A DNA stretch of 64,000 bases, from the IMG/VR virus record IMGVR_UViG_3300021959_010405, positions 1 to 64,000 of that record, one strand, 5' to 3'. Shown here one piece after another: positions 55,096 through 64,000 of the stretch. Every line of letters begins with the position of its first letter. Position 1 is the first letter of the stretch. This stretch comes from a virus. Under the pieces are notes generated by a model that searched no databases, was not told the DNA's origin, and was given only the letters and a program-made list of their open reading frames with translations. A program made the translations under genes and the position numbers.

Positions 55096-55479
55096 TTATT
55101 CATCAAAAAGTTTGATCACCTTTTCACTATTATCTGGTGTTACAATTTTTGATTCTGGAACTAGTCCGAAAGTTCTATTGTATTGCTGTAAGAGTCTTTC
55201 ATCCAGCTCAATAGGTTTATTACTTACCGTAATATCACTTTTATTAAAAACCCACTCAGTACCTGTATCGCGCTGATCCGAACTTAGCAGCTCTGAAAAC
55301 CATACTGGGAAAAGCTGTACTTGAATTTGACCATCTTGAGTTGGTTGAAGGTGAACCGATGCAGGATTTCTCACTACGAGGGTTTTGGTATTTTCGCTAA
55401 CTAGCTGGCCAATAATTGATCTTTGACCATCAATAAAGGAAACTAAATCTTTTGCTTCGACTGGTGTTTTTTCACTCAT
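55096..55479 (-). CDS. Hypothetical beta-rich protein downstream of gp43
   Basis: Start likely ATG 55479 (MSEK); IIGQLV...LVVRNP pattern. Confidence 0.6.
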   Translation of the reverse strand: MSEKTPVEAKDLVSFIDGQRSIIGQLVSENTKTLVVRNPASVHLQPTQDGQIQVQLFPVWFSELLSSDQRDTGTEWVFNKSDITVSNKPIELDERLLQQYNRTFGLVPESKIVTPDNSEKVIKLFDE

Positions 55480-55511
55480 ATATGTATATTTTATATTAAC
55501 TTTTGTATTAT

Positions 55512-58121
55512 TCAAGAAAATAATTCAAATAAATCACAACGAATCTGCTCGTTAGGCTTTCTTGCCACCCAATTTACGCGTTTGTAGAATCGCTCAACAA
55601 CGCTAAAAACAATTTTGTTAAACATTTTTTCATAATCAACCTTAAATAGATCTTTCATCTGACTAGGAAGTTCATCCTTAAACCCGATAACTGAGACCCC
55701 ATACTTATTTGCTGGCTGGACATACATCCAGCGAATTTTATCGCCCGTGTTTACCGGCTCATATTCGGTATCAATTGAAAGATCTTTAAGGATATTATTA
55801 TAATAGTAACCCGCTTTTGCATGAACTGGCATGCCTTTACATGTTTGAAATCCATTGCATTTTCTTACATACTCATCAAACGATGATAATCCCACAACAA
55901 AGGATATATCTTCAACTGGTAGCGAAGTAAAAATATCATATGCTTCTTTAACGGCTTTATCCGTCTCAGCTTGAGACCTTTTCATTAACATCGTCTCAAT
56001 AATATTTTTTACATAAGGCTTTACCGGATCGGGCATTGTTGTTCTTACAACTTCAACTCCGGTATACTTAAACTTATTAACCTTTACATCCTCATCATCT
56101 AGAATATGCATTGCATATCGTTTTTTCTCTAAAAATAAGCTAACATCGCTTATTACTTCCCTTTTAAATACAAGTCTACAATCTTGAGAGTTGAAAGATT
56201 TAATAGCCCATTCTGTTATGTTTTTGTTTAGATAATCTGTTAGTTCCTCACTGTACTTATAAACGTCGCTAGATAAATTACCATTTTCATCTGCAAACTC
56301 TTTTATAATCCCACTATCTACTAGAGACTTAATCGATATATAACACGAATCAGTATCATTATATACAACCGGGTCATTATGTTTTAAATAATCATCTGAT
56401 ATATTGGTCTTTTCTTTAAGATAGTTTTTAGCTAAAACGTTGGATTGTTTAATAACAGCTTGACCCGAAAGTGTAATACTACTAGCGATGTCATCATCTC
56501 CAATAGGCGAATGTTTATTACCGAAATACCCATATGCGCTATTAATAAGAACTTTAATTGTCAATTGCTTAGTATCGAGTCTATTAATTGTAAATTTAAG
56601 TTCTTGCTTCCTGTTTTCGCTATCAATATCAGTTTTATCTTGTAAGCTAACTAATTCTAAAGTAGCTTTACGAAGATCGTCCTTAACCTCTACTCGCTTG
56701 TTGTAATAAAAGTCTACCATCTCTGGCATAATACCTTTAGTTTTCTGAGAAAATAAAATACCTGCTTTCGATATCGCTAAACTTTCTTTCTTAACTAGTT
56801 GACCAAATTGAGCAGGGGTTAAATCAAACGTTTCTCCGTTTACGTACCTTACTACCACTTTACTCGAGTCATGAGAGACGATCTTACCAACTTTAGTCTC
56901 CGGAGACATGTTAAGAGAAATCATTAGGTTGGGATATAGGGAGTTAGCATCAAATGATACCACATACTGCTGAAAACCCTCTAAAGGTTCGCCTACGAAT
57001 GCACCTGGATTCTTACCAGAGTCTTCATGTCTAACAAACGTTGCAATCTTTTGATTCCGGTCACGTGCTCTAATAGTAGCCGCTCCATTGATAACAGCAA
57101 CAGCGCCCATTGCAGCTTCGAACGTAGTCAATCCAACGTATGCTAACATTCGAATCAACTCCATATATCGCAATTCTTCATCTAGCCTTTGGAGCAGAAA
57201 AACGTCGTGTATGTTATATTCAACAAACGTTTGCCAGTCTTGCGCACATAAATCAGCAATGTGCATATTGCCGTATTCGATTTTTTTCTCCCCGATTTCA
57301 ATTTGAGCAATATTATCTAATTTATATGAATCACGATTTTTTAATTGAAATCTTTTGTATACATCAAGATAATCTAAACAAGAAATGCCATCAATAAACC
57401 ATCTTACTGAATTTTTACCGAATGCTCCTCTAATAGCTCTATTATAAACATTTCCAGTAGGTGATAATCTGCGAACATGCTCCTCACCCATTACGTTATG
57501 AATTCGGTTTATAATGTAAGGTATATCGAAGCCAGCTGAGTTCCACCCAGATATAATATCCGGATAGTCTGCTTCTAGAAACGTTAGCATTTTGTCAATA
57601 AGCTCAATCTCCGTCTTACAGTTGTAATATGTAAGTTCAGATGGATCAAACTTCGAGGAATCAAACTCCCCTACCCCCCATACGTGCTTATGCTTCTCGA
57701 TAGTATCATAGATAGTTACTACGTTGATTGGGTGCACTGCCTCTTCAGGGTCTGGAAACTCATCCCGAGCTACAGCCTCAATATCAATAAACTGTACCTT
57801 GAGAGGCATCGATGAAAACTCGGGCAGCTCATTATCCTGCCAGTATTCATCAATTAAGAACTGCTGATATGTTGGAAGATTTTCAAATAATCTTCTTATA
57901 CCGGTATCACGAATAAACCTTGTTCTTTCATACTGATTATTGAATACCTTCTTACGTACTTTAGTTTTATATATAGAAACTTCGTCTCCATTTTTGTCCT
58001 CGATATATACGTACGGTCTATATGGCTGAGTATACGAGGTGCGATTTCCTTGAGCGTCCCATGTCCATACTTTAACTTCTTTAGTCCGCGGTATGTATGA
58101 AATATTTCTATATCCTATCAT
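55512..58121 (-). CDS. gp43: Family B DNA polymerase
   Basis: Exo DIE, GWNSAGFD; Pol FDANSLYP, K..INSAYG, YNDTDS, KKRY. No intein. Confidence 0.96.
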   Translation of the reverse strand: MIGYRNISYIPRTKEVKVWTWDAQGNRTSYTQPYRPYVYIEDKNGDEVSIYKTKVRKKVFNNQYERTRFIRDTGIRRLFENLPTYQQFLIDEYWQDNELPEFSSMPLKVQFIDIEAVARDEFPDPEEAVHPINVVTIYDTIEKHKHVWGVGEFDSSKFDPSELTYYNCKTEIELIDKMLTFLEADYPDIISGWNSAGFDIPYIINRIHNVMGEEHVRRLSPTGNVYNRAIRGAFGKNSVRWFIDGISCLDYLDVYKRFQLKNRDSYKLDNIAQIEIGEKKIEYGNMHIADLCAQDWQTFVEYNIHDVFLLQRLDEELRYMELIRMLAYVGLTTFEAAMGAVAVINGAATIRARDRNQKIATFVRHEDSGKNPGAFVGEPLEGFQQYVVSFDANSLYPNLMISLNMSPETKVGKIVSHDSSKVVVRYVNGETFDLTPAQFGQLVKKESLAISKAGILFSQKTKGIMPEMVDFYYNKRVEVKDDLRKATLELVSLQDKTDIDSENRKQELKFTINRLDTKQLTIKVLINSAYGYFGNKHSPIGDDDIASSITLSGQAVIKQSNVLAKNYLKEKTNISDDYLKHNDPVVYNDTDSCYISIKSLVDSGIIKEFADENGNLSSDVYKYSEELTDYLNKNITEWAIKSFNSQDCRLVFKREVISDVSLFLEKKRYAMHILDDEDVKVNKFKYTGVEVVRTTMPDPVKPYVKNIIETMLMKRSQAETDKAVKEAYDIFTSLPVEDISFVVGLSSFDEYVRKCNGFQTCKGMPVHAKAGYYYNNILKDLSIDTEYEPVNTGDKIRWMYVQPANKYGVSVIGFKDELPSQMKDLFKVDYEKMFNKIVFSVVERFYKRVNWVARKPNEQIRCDLFELFS

Positions 58122-59350
58122 CGATTAAATTTCGATAACATTATACGACCTGGATCACCATAAGGCAAATTAAAAAGTTCTAAAAAGCAATCTAAATTTT
58201 CATCTCGTTCGAGAAATCTTTTTTCCGCTACCTTATATCGACTAACAGCCTCTGATTTATATTTTCTACCATTAGATAGAGTCTGTTCAATTTTTTTGAT
58301 CATGTCATCTCCATCACTAAACTTAATAGGTGCATCTTTATATGTGCACATATCTTGACATGCAATAGGTATACCGAGAGCACAAGCCTCGATATATTTT
58401 AGATCACTTTTCGCTCTATTAAAGTTATTATCAACTAATGGGGCTACTGCCATTTGAATTTCAAGATCGTTTAATTTCTCAGGGTATAAATAAATTTGCT
58501 GCCATGGATGGAACTCTATCTCTCCAGACTGTACGTATGGTCTAAGTGCAATAGGAAATGCTCCTACAAATACCCATTGAAATCTCTTACGTGTTTTAAT
58601 TACAGCTTCTATAACGTGATTAAAATCATCCCGTTGTTTATCTTTATTATCAACATCGAAATGTGCTCCTGAACCGGCATATAGTATTCGAGGTTTATTC
58701 TGATGCTTTTTATAAAGCTGAGTTACTCTTTTCTCATTAAAGAAATTGCCAATCCAAAACTTAGGTGGAAAGTTAGGTATAACTGTAACCTCCTCTTTAC
58801 CTGTTTTTTCTCTATAATAATCACGCATAAACTCACATGTGCATGTAATTTCATCGCACAACTTCATTATTTCGAGAGAAGATTCTCTTATTTCGTCGCT
58901 TTCAAATGCAAACTTAAATTTATTATAATCAGGAATATCCTCCCGAAATATAATATCATCAATTTCATAAACAATCCTACAGCCTACCCTGGGCTGTATT
59001 TCTTTCTTCAAAAATTTTACAAACTCTAATTGATTTTTTGTAGCCTGGCGCTGTACTCGAATAACTTTTACATTTGTATAAAATTCAGGATTAGTAATCA
59101 TTACTGATGAATTTTGTACTAATGCTTTATTGTGTACATTTAATAAATGCTCAGGCCATAACATTCTCCATAAACCGCAACCACTATAGTCAGCTAAATA
59201 GTTAATACAGCGAGGTAAATCCGTGGGGTCTCCGGACTGCTTGGGAGGGGGCTTGGGTCGGGAGAAGTTTGATTCTCCAGATGGTAGATGTGGGGGACCA
59301 TATGGAGACGAAAACGGAGATGAAAACGGGAGACCCTGATTGGTAATCAT
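58118..59350 (-). CDS. GT-B glycosyltransferase
   Basis: YEIDD, RILYAG, APLVDNNFNRAKSDLKYIEACALGIP; TAAATA 6 nt upstream. Confidence 0.82.
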   Translation of the reverse strand: MITNQGLPFSSPFSSPYGPPHLPSGESNFSRPKPPPKQSGDPTDLPRCINYLADYSGCGLWRMLWPEHLLNVHNKALVQNSSVMITNPEFYTNVKVIRVQRQATKNQLEFVKFLKKEIQPRVGCRIVYEIDDIIFREDIPDYNKFKFAFESDEIRESSLEIMKLCDEITCTCEFMRDYYREKTGKEEVTVIPNFPPKFWIGNFFNEKRVTQLYKKHQNKPRILYAGSGAHFDVDNKDKQRDDFNHVIEAVIKTRKRFQWVFVGAFPIALRPYVQSGEIEFHPWQQIYLYPEKLNDLEIQMAVAPLVDNNFNRAKSDLKYIEACALGIPIACQDMCTYKDAPIKFSDGDDMIKKIEQTLSNGRKYKSEAVSRYKVAEKRFLERDENLDCFLELFNLPYGDPGRIMLSKFNR

Positions 59351-59356
59351 TGATAT

Positions 59357-59362
59357 TATTTA
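59357..59362 (-). promoter_or_regulatory. Late promoter core upstream of the GT-B gene
   Basis: TAAATA-ATATCA-ATG(59350). Confidence 0.6.
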
Positions 59363-59373
59363 AACTCCTTTAT

Positions 59374-61188
59374 CTAAACATCAACACTTTTAACACGTGT
59401 AGTTATACCATTTTCTTTTTGAAGATATATTATTTCCGCATTATCAGTTATTGACTTAATAGCTTCCGGTCGATGTGTAATAACGAAAACACATTCATTA
59501 TTAGACGAAACTCTATCGTTAAGAATATTATTAACTAACTCTACACCCTTACTGTCTAAACTTGAGTCATATAGCTCATCAAAGAAACTAACATTGTATG
59601 CAACGTTCCCTTGCATGCGTCGCGCATCGGCGAAGGTAAACAAACATGCTAAATCTATATTTTTTCTTTCTCCGTCTGAAAAATTATAATAAGAACAAAT
59701 TTTATTATTATCGTTTATAATTTCCTCTTCAAAATATTCGTTGAAGACACATATGCAGTTTGCGTCCATTTTTTTCAAATAGTATGCAAGTCTACTATTA
59801 AAAATCTGCAATATTTGTTTAACAATATATGCTTTAACCCCTTCTTCGGATACTACAAATTTACTAATATCAATGATATTCATCATATCACGATTTTTTT
59901 CAACCTTTTGCGATATATCCTCTATCTCTTTCTTAACTTCATTAATTATAAAATCTATATTTGTTTCGGTTGATTTAAGGTTTGCAATATCTATTTCTAG
60001 ACTCTCAATCCAACTCTCATGCTGTTTTATATTTTGCTCAATATTATCCTTAGATGAAGCTTCTACATTAGCTACATTTAATTTTTGTTGAATCTTTATT
60101 AAGGATTCATTTAATTTATCCTTAACGGATTGTAATTTACTAATTACCTTATTACAATCTTCAAGATCTTGTTTTCGAGTTTTTATTTTCTCGGCAATAA
60201 TTTTCTTACCGTCAGATATGCAATCGCGATCATGATCCTCAATCTGACGTAAACAAGTTGGGCATTTATTTTCAGTTGTACCAATATTCTTATAATCTTG
60301 TCCATCGCGTTTTATATCTGTTTTAATTTCAGCACAAATTTCAAGCTGATCTCTTATTTTACTTTCTACTCTTTCAATACCATCTACAACTTCATCTAAT
60401 TTGCTTTTGATTGCAGTAGTATCAGCCTCTTTTATTTTATTTAATTTATTTTTTAAATCTTTAATAGTTTTTTTATTGTCTTTATATCTTTTATTGTAGT
60501 CGACTAATTTATCTTTTCTACTCTTAAGTATATCCTCTCGTTGATCCTTATAATTGGTCTGGGATTTATTTTTTTCCTCTAATTTAGTTAGATCGATTTC
60601 ATAGTCTCTTTTTATTTCATTATAATCATTTCTAGCTAGCTTTAGCATTTCCCCGAATACCTCTAAGGAAAAAATATTTTCAATAAACTTACGCTTAGCA
60701 ATAACCTTCTGACCCATAAACGGTATGGTATTATTAGAGGTCATTACGACACAATTTTTAAATATCTCTCCCGACGCCTCTATTAGTTCTAATATATACT
60801 GTGTTGTATTAGCTATTGAGTCGCGAGTTATATCTTCCCCATTTTTTATTAATATTAACTTCGAGGGGTTTAAAGATCTTTGTATTAAGTATTCGCTAGT
60901 CTCCTCAGGGGAGGTAATTTTAAATTTTAAAGATACGCTACATTTACCATTGGTAATATTATTTACAATAAGGTCTTTTTTATTTATATCTCGGATAGTT
61001 TTACCAAATATAGCAAAATAAAAAGCATCAGCTATAGTGCTTTTACCTACCCCATTTTTACGATCTATTTTATCCTTATTGTTACCCGTAATGACATGCA
61101 TTCCAGGTTTAAATTCTATTTCGATCGGATCTTCTCCAACAGAAAAAAAGTTTTGCAATTTAAGGGTTTTGAAAAATACGTGCTTCAT
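59374..61188 (-). CDS. gp46: Recombination endonuclease ATPase subunit (Rad50/SbcC-like)
   Basis: NGVGKS, coiled coil, CPTC hook, FSDGE signature, FFDE. Confidence 0.94.
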   Translation of the reverse strand: MKHVFFKTLKLQNFFSVGEDPIEIEFKPGMHVITGNNKDKIDRKNGVGKSTIADAFYFAIFGKTIRDINKKDLIVNNITNGKCSVSLKFKITSPEETSEYLIQRSLNPSKLILIKNGEDITRDSIANTTQYILELIEASGEIFKNCVVMTSNNTIPFMGQKVIAKRKFIENIFSLEVFGEMLKLARNDYNEIKRDYEIDLTKLEEKNKSQTNYKDQREDILKSRKDKLVDYNKRYKDNKKTIKDLKNKLNKIKEADTTAIKSKLDEVVDGIERVESKIRDQLEICAEIKTDIKRDGQDYKNIGTTENKCPTCLRQIEDHDRDCISDGKKIIAEKIKTRKQDLEDCNKVISKLQSVKDKLNESLIKIQQKLNVANVEASSKDNIEQNIKQHESWIESLEIDIANLKSTETNIDFIINEVKKEIEDISQKVEKNRDMMNIIDISKFVVSEEGVKAYIVKQILQIFNSRLAYYLKKMDANCICVFNEYFEEEIINDNNKICSYYNFSDGERKNIDLACLFTFADARRMQGNVAYNVSFFDELYDSSLDSKGVELVNNILNDRVSSNNECVFVITHRPEAIKSITDNAEIIYLQKENGITTRVKSVDV

Positions 61189-62234
61189 TAGTGCGTAACT
61201 CTTTTATATAAGTCATTAACATATTGAACAACTGGCTCATTATTATCTATATCCATTATGTTTATAAATTCGGTTATTGCTCTCTCCATATCAATTCCTG
61301 AAAAATCATGCTCACCCTCTTCATCAATCATGGTATTGAAATTAATATCATGCTCTACTTCAATTTGTATGGGTTGTAAAGCTCTAAATTGTTTAAAAAG
61401 AAATTCCGAATGTTTGGTAGATATTCTCTTATCAATAATAAACTTTATTATATTGCCCTTTACAATCTTTTTTAGATCGGCTAGAGGTACTTTCTTTTCC
61501 GCAATCTCAGATAAAAATATTTTATAAAATCGAGGCGATATATTATTTTCTATAAAATCAATGTTATTTGTATCTAAATCAACAAAATATATACCTTTTG
61601 TATCCCCAGCGTCACCAAAATCCATCTGAAACGGATTACCCACATAAATGATTTGACCTTTTTTTAGCTTTCTCTCAGATCTTAAATGAAAATGCCCTGT
61701 AAATGTTAGGGGTGATTTTTTAAGAATATCGGAAGTCTTAATGCCATGGTCACAAATTTTAAATGAATTGAGCTTGAATGACTCAATCTCGAAATGACCA
61801 AATAAGATATCACTTTTAGGTATATCCTTCTCAGAGGTACCCCACGGTATAAAAGATATTTTTTTACCGCCATCCGTTGTTATGGTAGTAGTCTTATCTA
61901 GAACTGTAATATTATCTCTCCCGTCAAAAATAGAAAGAGAATTTACTGAAGATGACTCTTTATAATAACAATCATGATTACCCGGAATAAATGTAATATT
62001 ATAGTCCTTCAATTCATTAAGAACTTTAGCGGAGTGAGATATAGTATTGGTTGCGATTGAATCTCTATAATGGTAGAAATCTCCGCAAAAAACAATATCT
62101 TTTATACCTCGACTGTCCACAGTACTCTTAAACCACTTGACCCAATCAAGAGTTATCTTATGCCATATGGGACTATCTCTATGTACACCGATGTGTATAT
62201 CACTAAAGATAGCAATGTTACTTGATTTAATCAT
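61188..62234 (-). CDS. gp47: Recombination endonuclease nuclease subunit (Mre11/SbcD-like)
   Basis: SDIH, GD, GNHD, GHF, GHFH. Confidence 0.94.
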   Translation of the reverse strand: MIKSSNIAIFSDIHIGVHRDSPIWHKITLDWVKWFKSTVDSRGIKDIVFCGDFYHYRDSIATNTISHSAKVLNELKDYNITFIPGNHDCYYKESSSVNSLSIFDGRDNITVLDKTTTITTDGGKKISFIPWGTSEKDIPKSDILFGHFEIESFKLNSFKICDHGIKTSDILKKSPLTFTGHFHLRSERKLKKGQIIYVGNPFQMDFGDAGDTKGIYFVDLDTNNIDFIENNISPRFYKIFLSEIAEKKVPLADLKKIVKGNIIKFIIDKRISTKHSEFLFKQFRALQPIQIEVEHDINFNTMIDEEGEHDFSGIDMERAITEFINIMDIDNNEPVVQYVNDLYKRVTH

Positions 62235-62680
62235 AAATCACTATCGTAAAAGTCACCTTCTTCTAGATTAGATATATTTTTTGTATAAACTTTACCGTCG
62301 CTGGAATCAATCATATGTCTTTCGTAAACTTCTTCGCGATATTCGGTTTCTGCTTGATGCAATCTTTTTTCCTTTTTAATTCTATTAATAAACGATCTAA
62401 AAGCTATAGTAGTAAAATAGGAGAAGGGATTATATTTTGATGTTACATCGAAATTTTTATTTTTTAAAGCTGCATACATCTTCACGATTGCATCACCTAC
62501 CATCTCATCTCTATACGTATAATCTTTAAATTTAGAATTGTAGCTTAAGCCTGTCGCTATTTTATTAATGCATTCTCCGAGATAATCTTCGAATTTATCG
62601 CTTTGATAGAAACGGGCTATTGCATCCTTAAACTCTTTAGGTTCTACATAATAATTGCTCTTATCTTTAGTCTTTGCCAT
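62231..62680 (-). CDS. gp55: Late-transcription sigma factor
   Basis: YV..KEF, YTYRDEMVGDA, NPFSYFTTIAFRSFINRIKKEK. Confidence 0.9.
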   Translation of the reverse strand: MAKTKDKSNYYVEPKEFKDAIARFYQSDKFEDYLGECINKIATGLSYNSKFKDYTYRDEMVGDAIVKMYAALKNKNFDVTSKYNPFSYFTTIAFRSFINRIKKEKRLHQAETEYREEVYERHMIDSSDGKVYTKNISNLEEGDFYDSDL

Positions 62681-62691
62681 AGCTAACCTTC

Positions 62692-62719
62692 ATTATAGTA
62701 GATTATTATAATAATTCAA
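62692..62719 (-). promoter_or_regulatory. sigma70-like promoter of gp55
   Basis: TTGAAT-N16-TATAAT, 11 nt before ATG. Confidence 0.65.
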
Positions 62720-62723
62720 CTCA

Positions 62724-64000
62724 CTAAGGTTCTTTTATTGTAGAAATATTGAATGGTATACTCTCCTTTCGATATATTTCTAACCTTTTGTTTAAATGTG
62801 ATATTCCATAATGTAGTTGATCGGCTAGATCAATAATAATTAATTTATTTTTACTGTGATGCTTTCTCAATCCTCTACCAATCGATTGTACTAGACGTAT
62901 AAAAGCCTTGCCCCCGCTTGCAAAAACAATCATATGTATATTTTTAATATTAATTCCTGTAGAAAATATAGATGACATTGCAATACAAATAACCCCGTTA
63001 TTATTCTCCATACTCTTTTTAATTTTCTCTCTATCGTCAACCTCTACCGAGCCTTGAACAAAATGAACTTCTCTATCTGAAATATTATTAAGAGTATCTA
63101 AGAGTATCTCGCCATGAGCTATATGATTAACTAGTATTAAAATATTATTTTTAAAATTACTACTTACTTGTTTTATTATTTTGTTACGATATTCACTCTC
63201 ATATAAAAAATCTAATTCTGCCTTGTATCTTGCCGTCGATGTAAATTCATCATCCTTAAAATATGTTTTAGGTTTCTTTTTATACTCAATTTTAAGAATT
63301 TTAACCTCCGCTGAAGTTAAAAATCCTTCTTCGCGAAGTTCATTACTACCTTTCTCATAATATACTGGACCTGTCTTTCCGATTATTGACCACCTATCCA
63401 TCTGCTCCTCTGGTAGGGTACCAGTAAAGCCATATTTATTATTAGTATATATCTTACTAATTAATTTACCTATTTTGTTCTTATGCTTTACTTTATGAGC
63501 TTCATCAATAACTACTAAATCTACATGTTCTATCCATGAATGATCGTCAAACTGACTTTGAACAATTTGATTACTCGCTATTACAACATTTACATTAGTA
63601 TCTAATTTATATTGTGAGGTCCATCTGCAGAAAGTAAATGGTACATTATACTCTTCAAAATCGCTGTATGTCTGCTGTACTAGACCGCGGTCAGGTACTA
63701 ATAACAAACACCTAAAATCTTTACCTCCCTTAGTTTTATTAATAATATTATGTATAAGAGTAGCTATTGTTAAGGTTTTACCTCCACCTGTCCCTAAAAC
63801 ACATACCCCCTTACCTCCTTTAAGAGCATTTTTTAAAATTTCTTCTTGATAATACCTTAATTCTAGATTATTATCTAAAAAGATGAGTTCATCGCTAAAA
63901 CCGCAATCTACAATCTCTCTAACTTCGCTTGTAAAGGAGATCTTACATGTAGGTGCAGATTCTTTTATTGTTTTTATAACATCAGATAAGAGACCTGGCT
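62724..64000 (-). CDS. uvsW: SF2 DNA helicase (5' end beyond the window)
   Basis: The frame stays open to the window edge and includes LRYYQ and GTGGGKT upstream of the track's start; also DEAH, GFTGT, QSIGRGLR. Confidence 0.92.
   Translation of the reverse strand, partial: PGLLSDVIKTIKESAPTCKISFTSEVREIVDCGFSDELIFLDNNLELRYYQEEILKNALKGGKGVCVLGTGGGKTLTIATLIHNIINKTKGGKDFRCLLLVPDRGLVQQTYSDFEEYNVPFTFCRWTSQYKLDTNVNVVIASNQIVQSQFDDHSWIEHVDLVVIDEAHKVKHKNKIGKLISKIYTNNKYGFTGTLPEEQMDRWSIIGKTGPVYYEKGSNELREEGFLTSAEVKILKIEYKKKPKTYFKDDEFTSTARYKAELDFLYESEYRNKIIKQVSSNFKNNILILVNHIAHGEILLDTLNNISDREVHFVQGSVEVDDREKIKKSMENNNGVICIAMSSIFSTGINIKNIHMIVFASGGKAFIRLVQSIGRGLRKHHSKNKLIIIDLADQLHYGISHLNKRLEIYRKESIPFNISTIKEP

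Noticed and set aside
4285-61527. Antisense and alternative-frame ORFs in the track (e.g. 4285-4737, 22399-22971, 37510-37776, 38472-38948, 49371-49745)
   Set aside because: They lie inside well-supported genes and lack promoter signals or motifs, so they are treated as shadow ORFs.
62724-63707. Track start of the helicase at 63707
   Set aside because: The frame continues to the window edge and includes the Walker A motif, so the gene is truncated by the window rather than short.
1-64000. Stop-codon reassignment
   Set aside because: Core genes are full length under the standard code, and TAA, TAG and TGA all end genes.
34931-64000. Introns, inteins or homing endonucleases in replication genes
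   Set aside because: gp61, gp41, uvsX, gp43, gp46 and gp47 are uninterrupted and of ordinary length; no HINT, LAGLIDADG, GIY-YIG or HNH motifs were seen.

Overview
This 64-kb window comes from a large, AT-rich (roughly one-third GC by eye), T4-related myophage genome; no cellular, tRNA, CRISPR or IS features were seen. The + strand from about 2.6 to 31.6 kb is a late baseplate/tail operon: gp25, gp6, large PKD/propeller/LamG proteins, paired tail fibres and a lectin-like protein, with a two-domain glycosyltransferase and a sulfotransferase embedded in it. The - strand from about 35 to 64 kb carries a dispersed T4-type replication, recombination and late-transcription core (gp61, rnh, gp45, gp32, gp59-like, gp41, uvsX, gp43, gp46, gp47, gp55, partial uvsW) plus QueC-like, class II amidotransferase, glycosyltransferase, DHH and papain-like genes. 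Main signals: (1) strong L-S-[A/G] tripeptide enrichment in tail proteins alongside late-expressed sugar-modifying enzymes, suggesting virion glycosylation/sulfation; (2) a triplicated ~70-bp late-promoter plus N-terminal-peptide cassette in front of unrelated small genes, part of a family of probable prohead-processed head proteins; (3) TAAATA-N5-7-start geometry implying leaderless late mRNAs; (4) RNase H fused in frame to a GC-richer, signal-peptide-bearing host-like protein; (5) a QueC lacking its zinc ligands, separated from a stand-alone amidotransferase by an opposite-strand island. All family calls come from motif recognition by eye; no database search was run.
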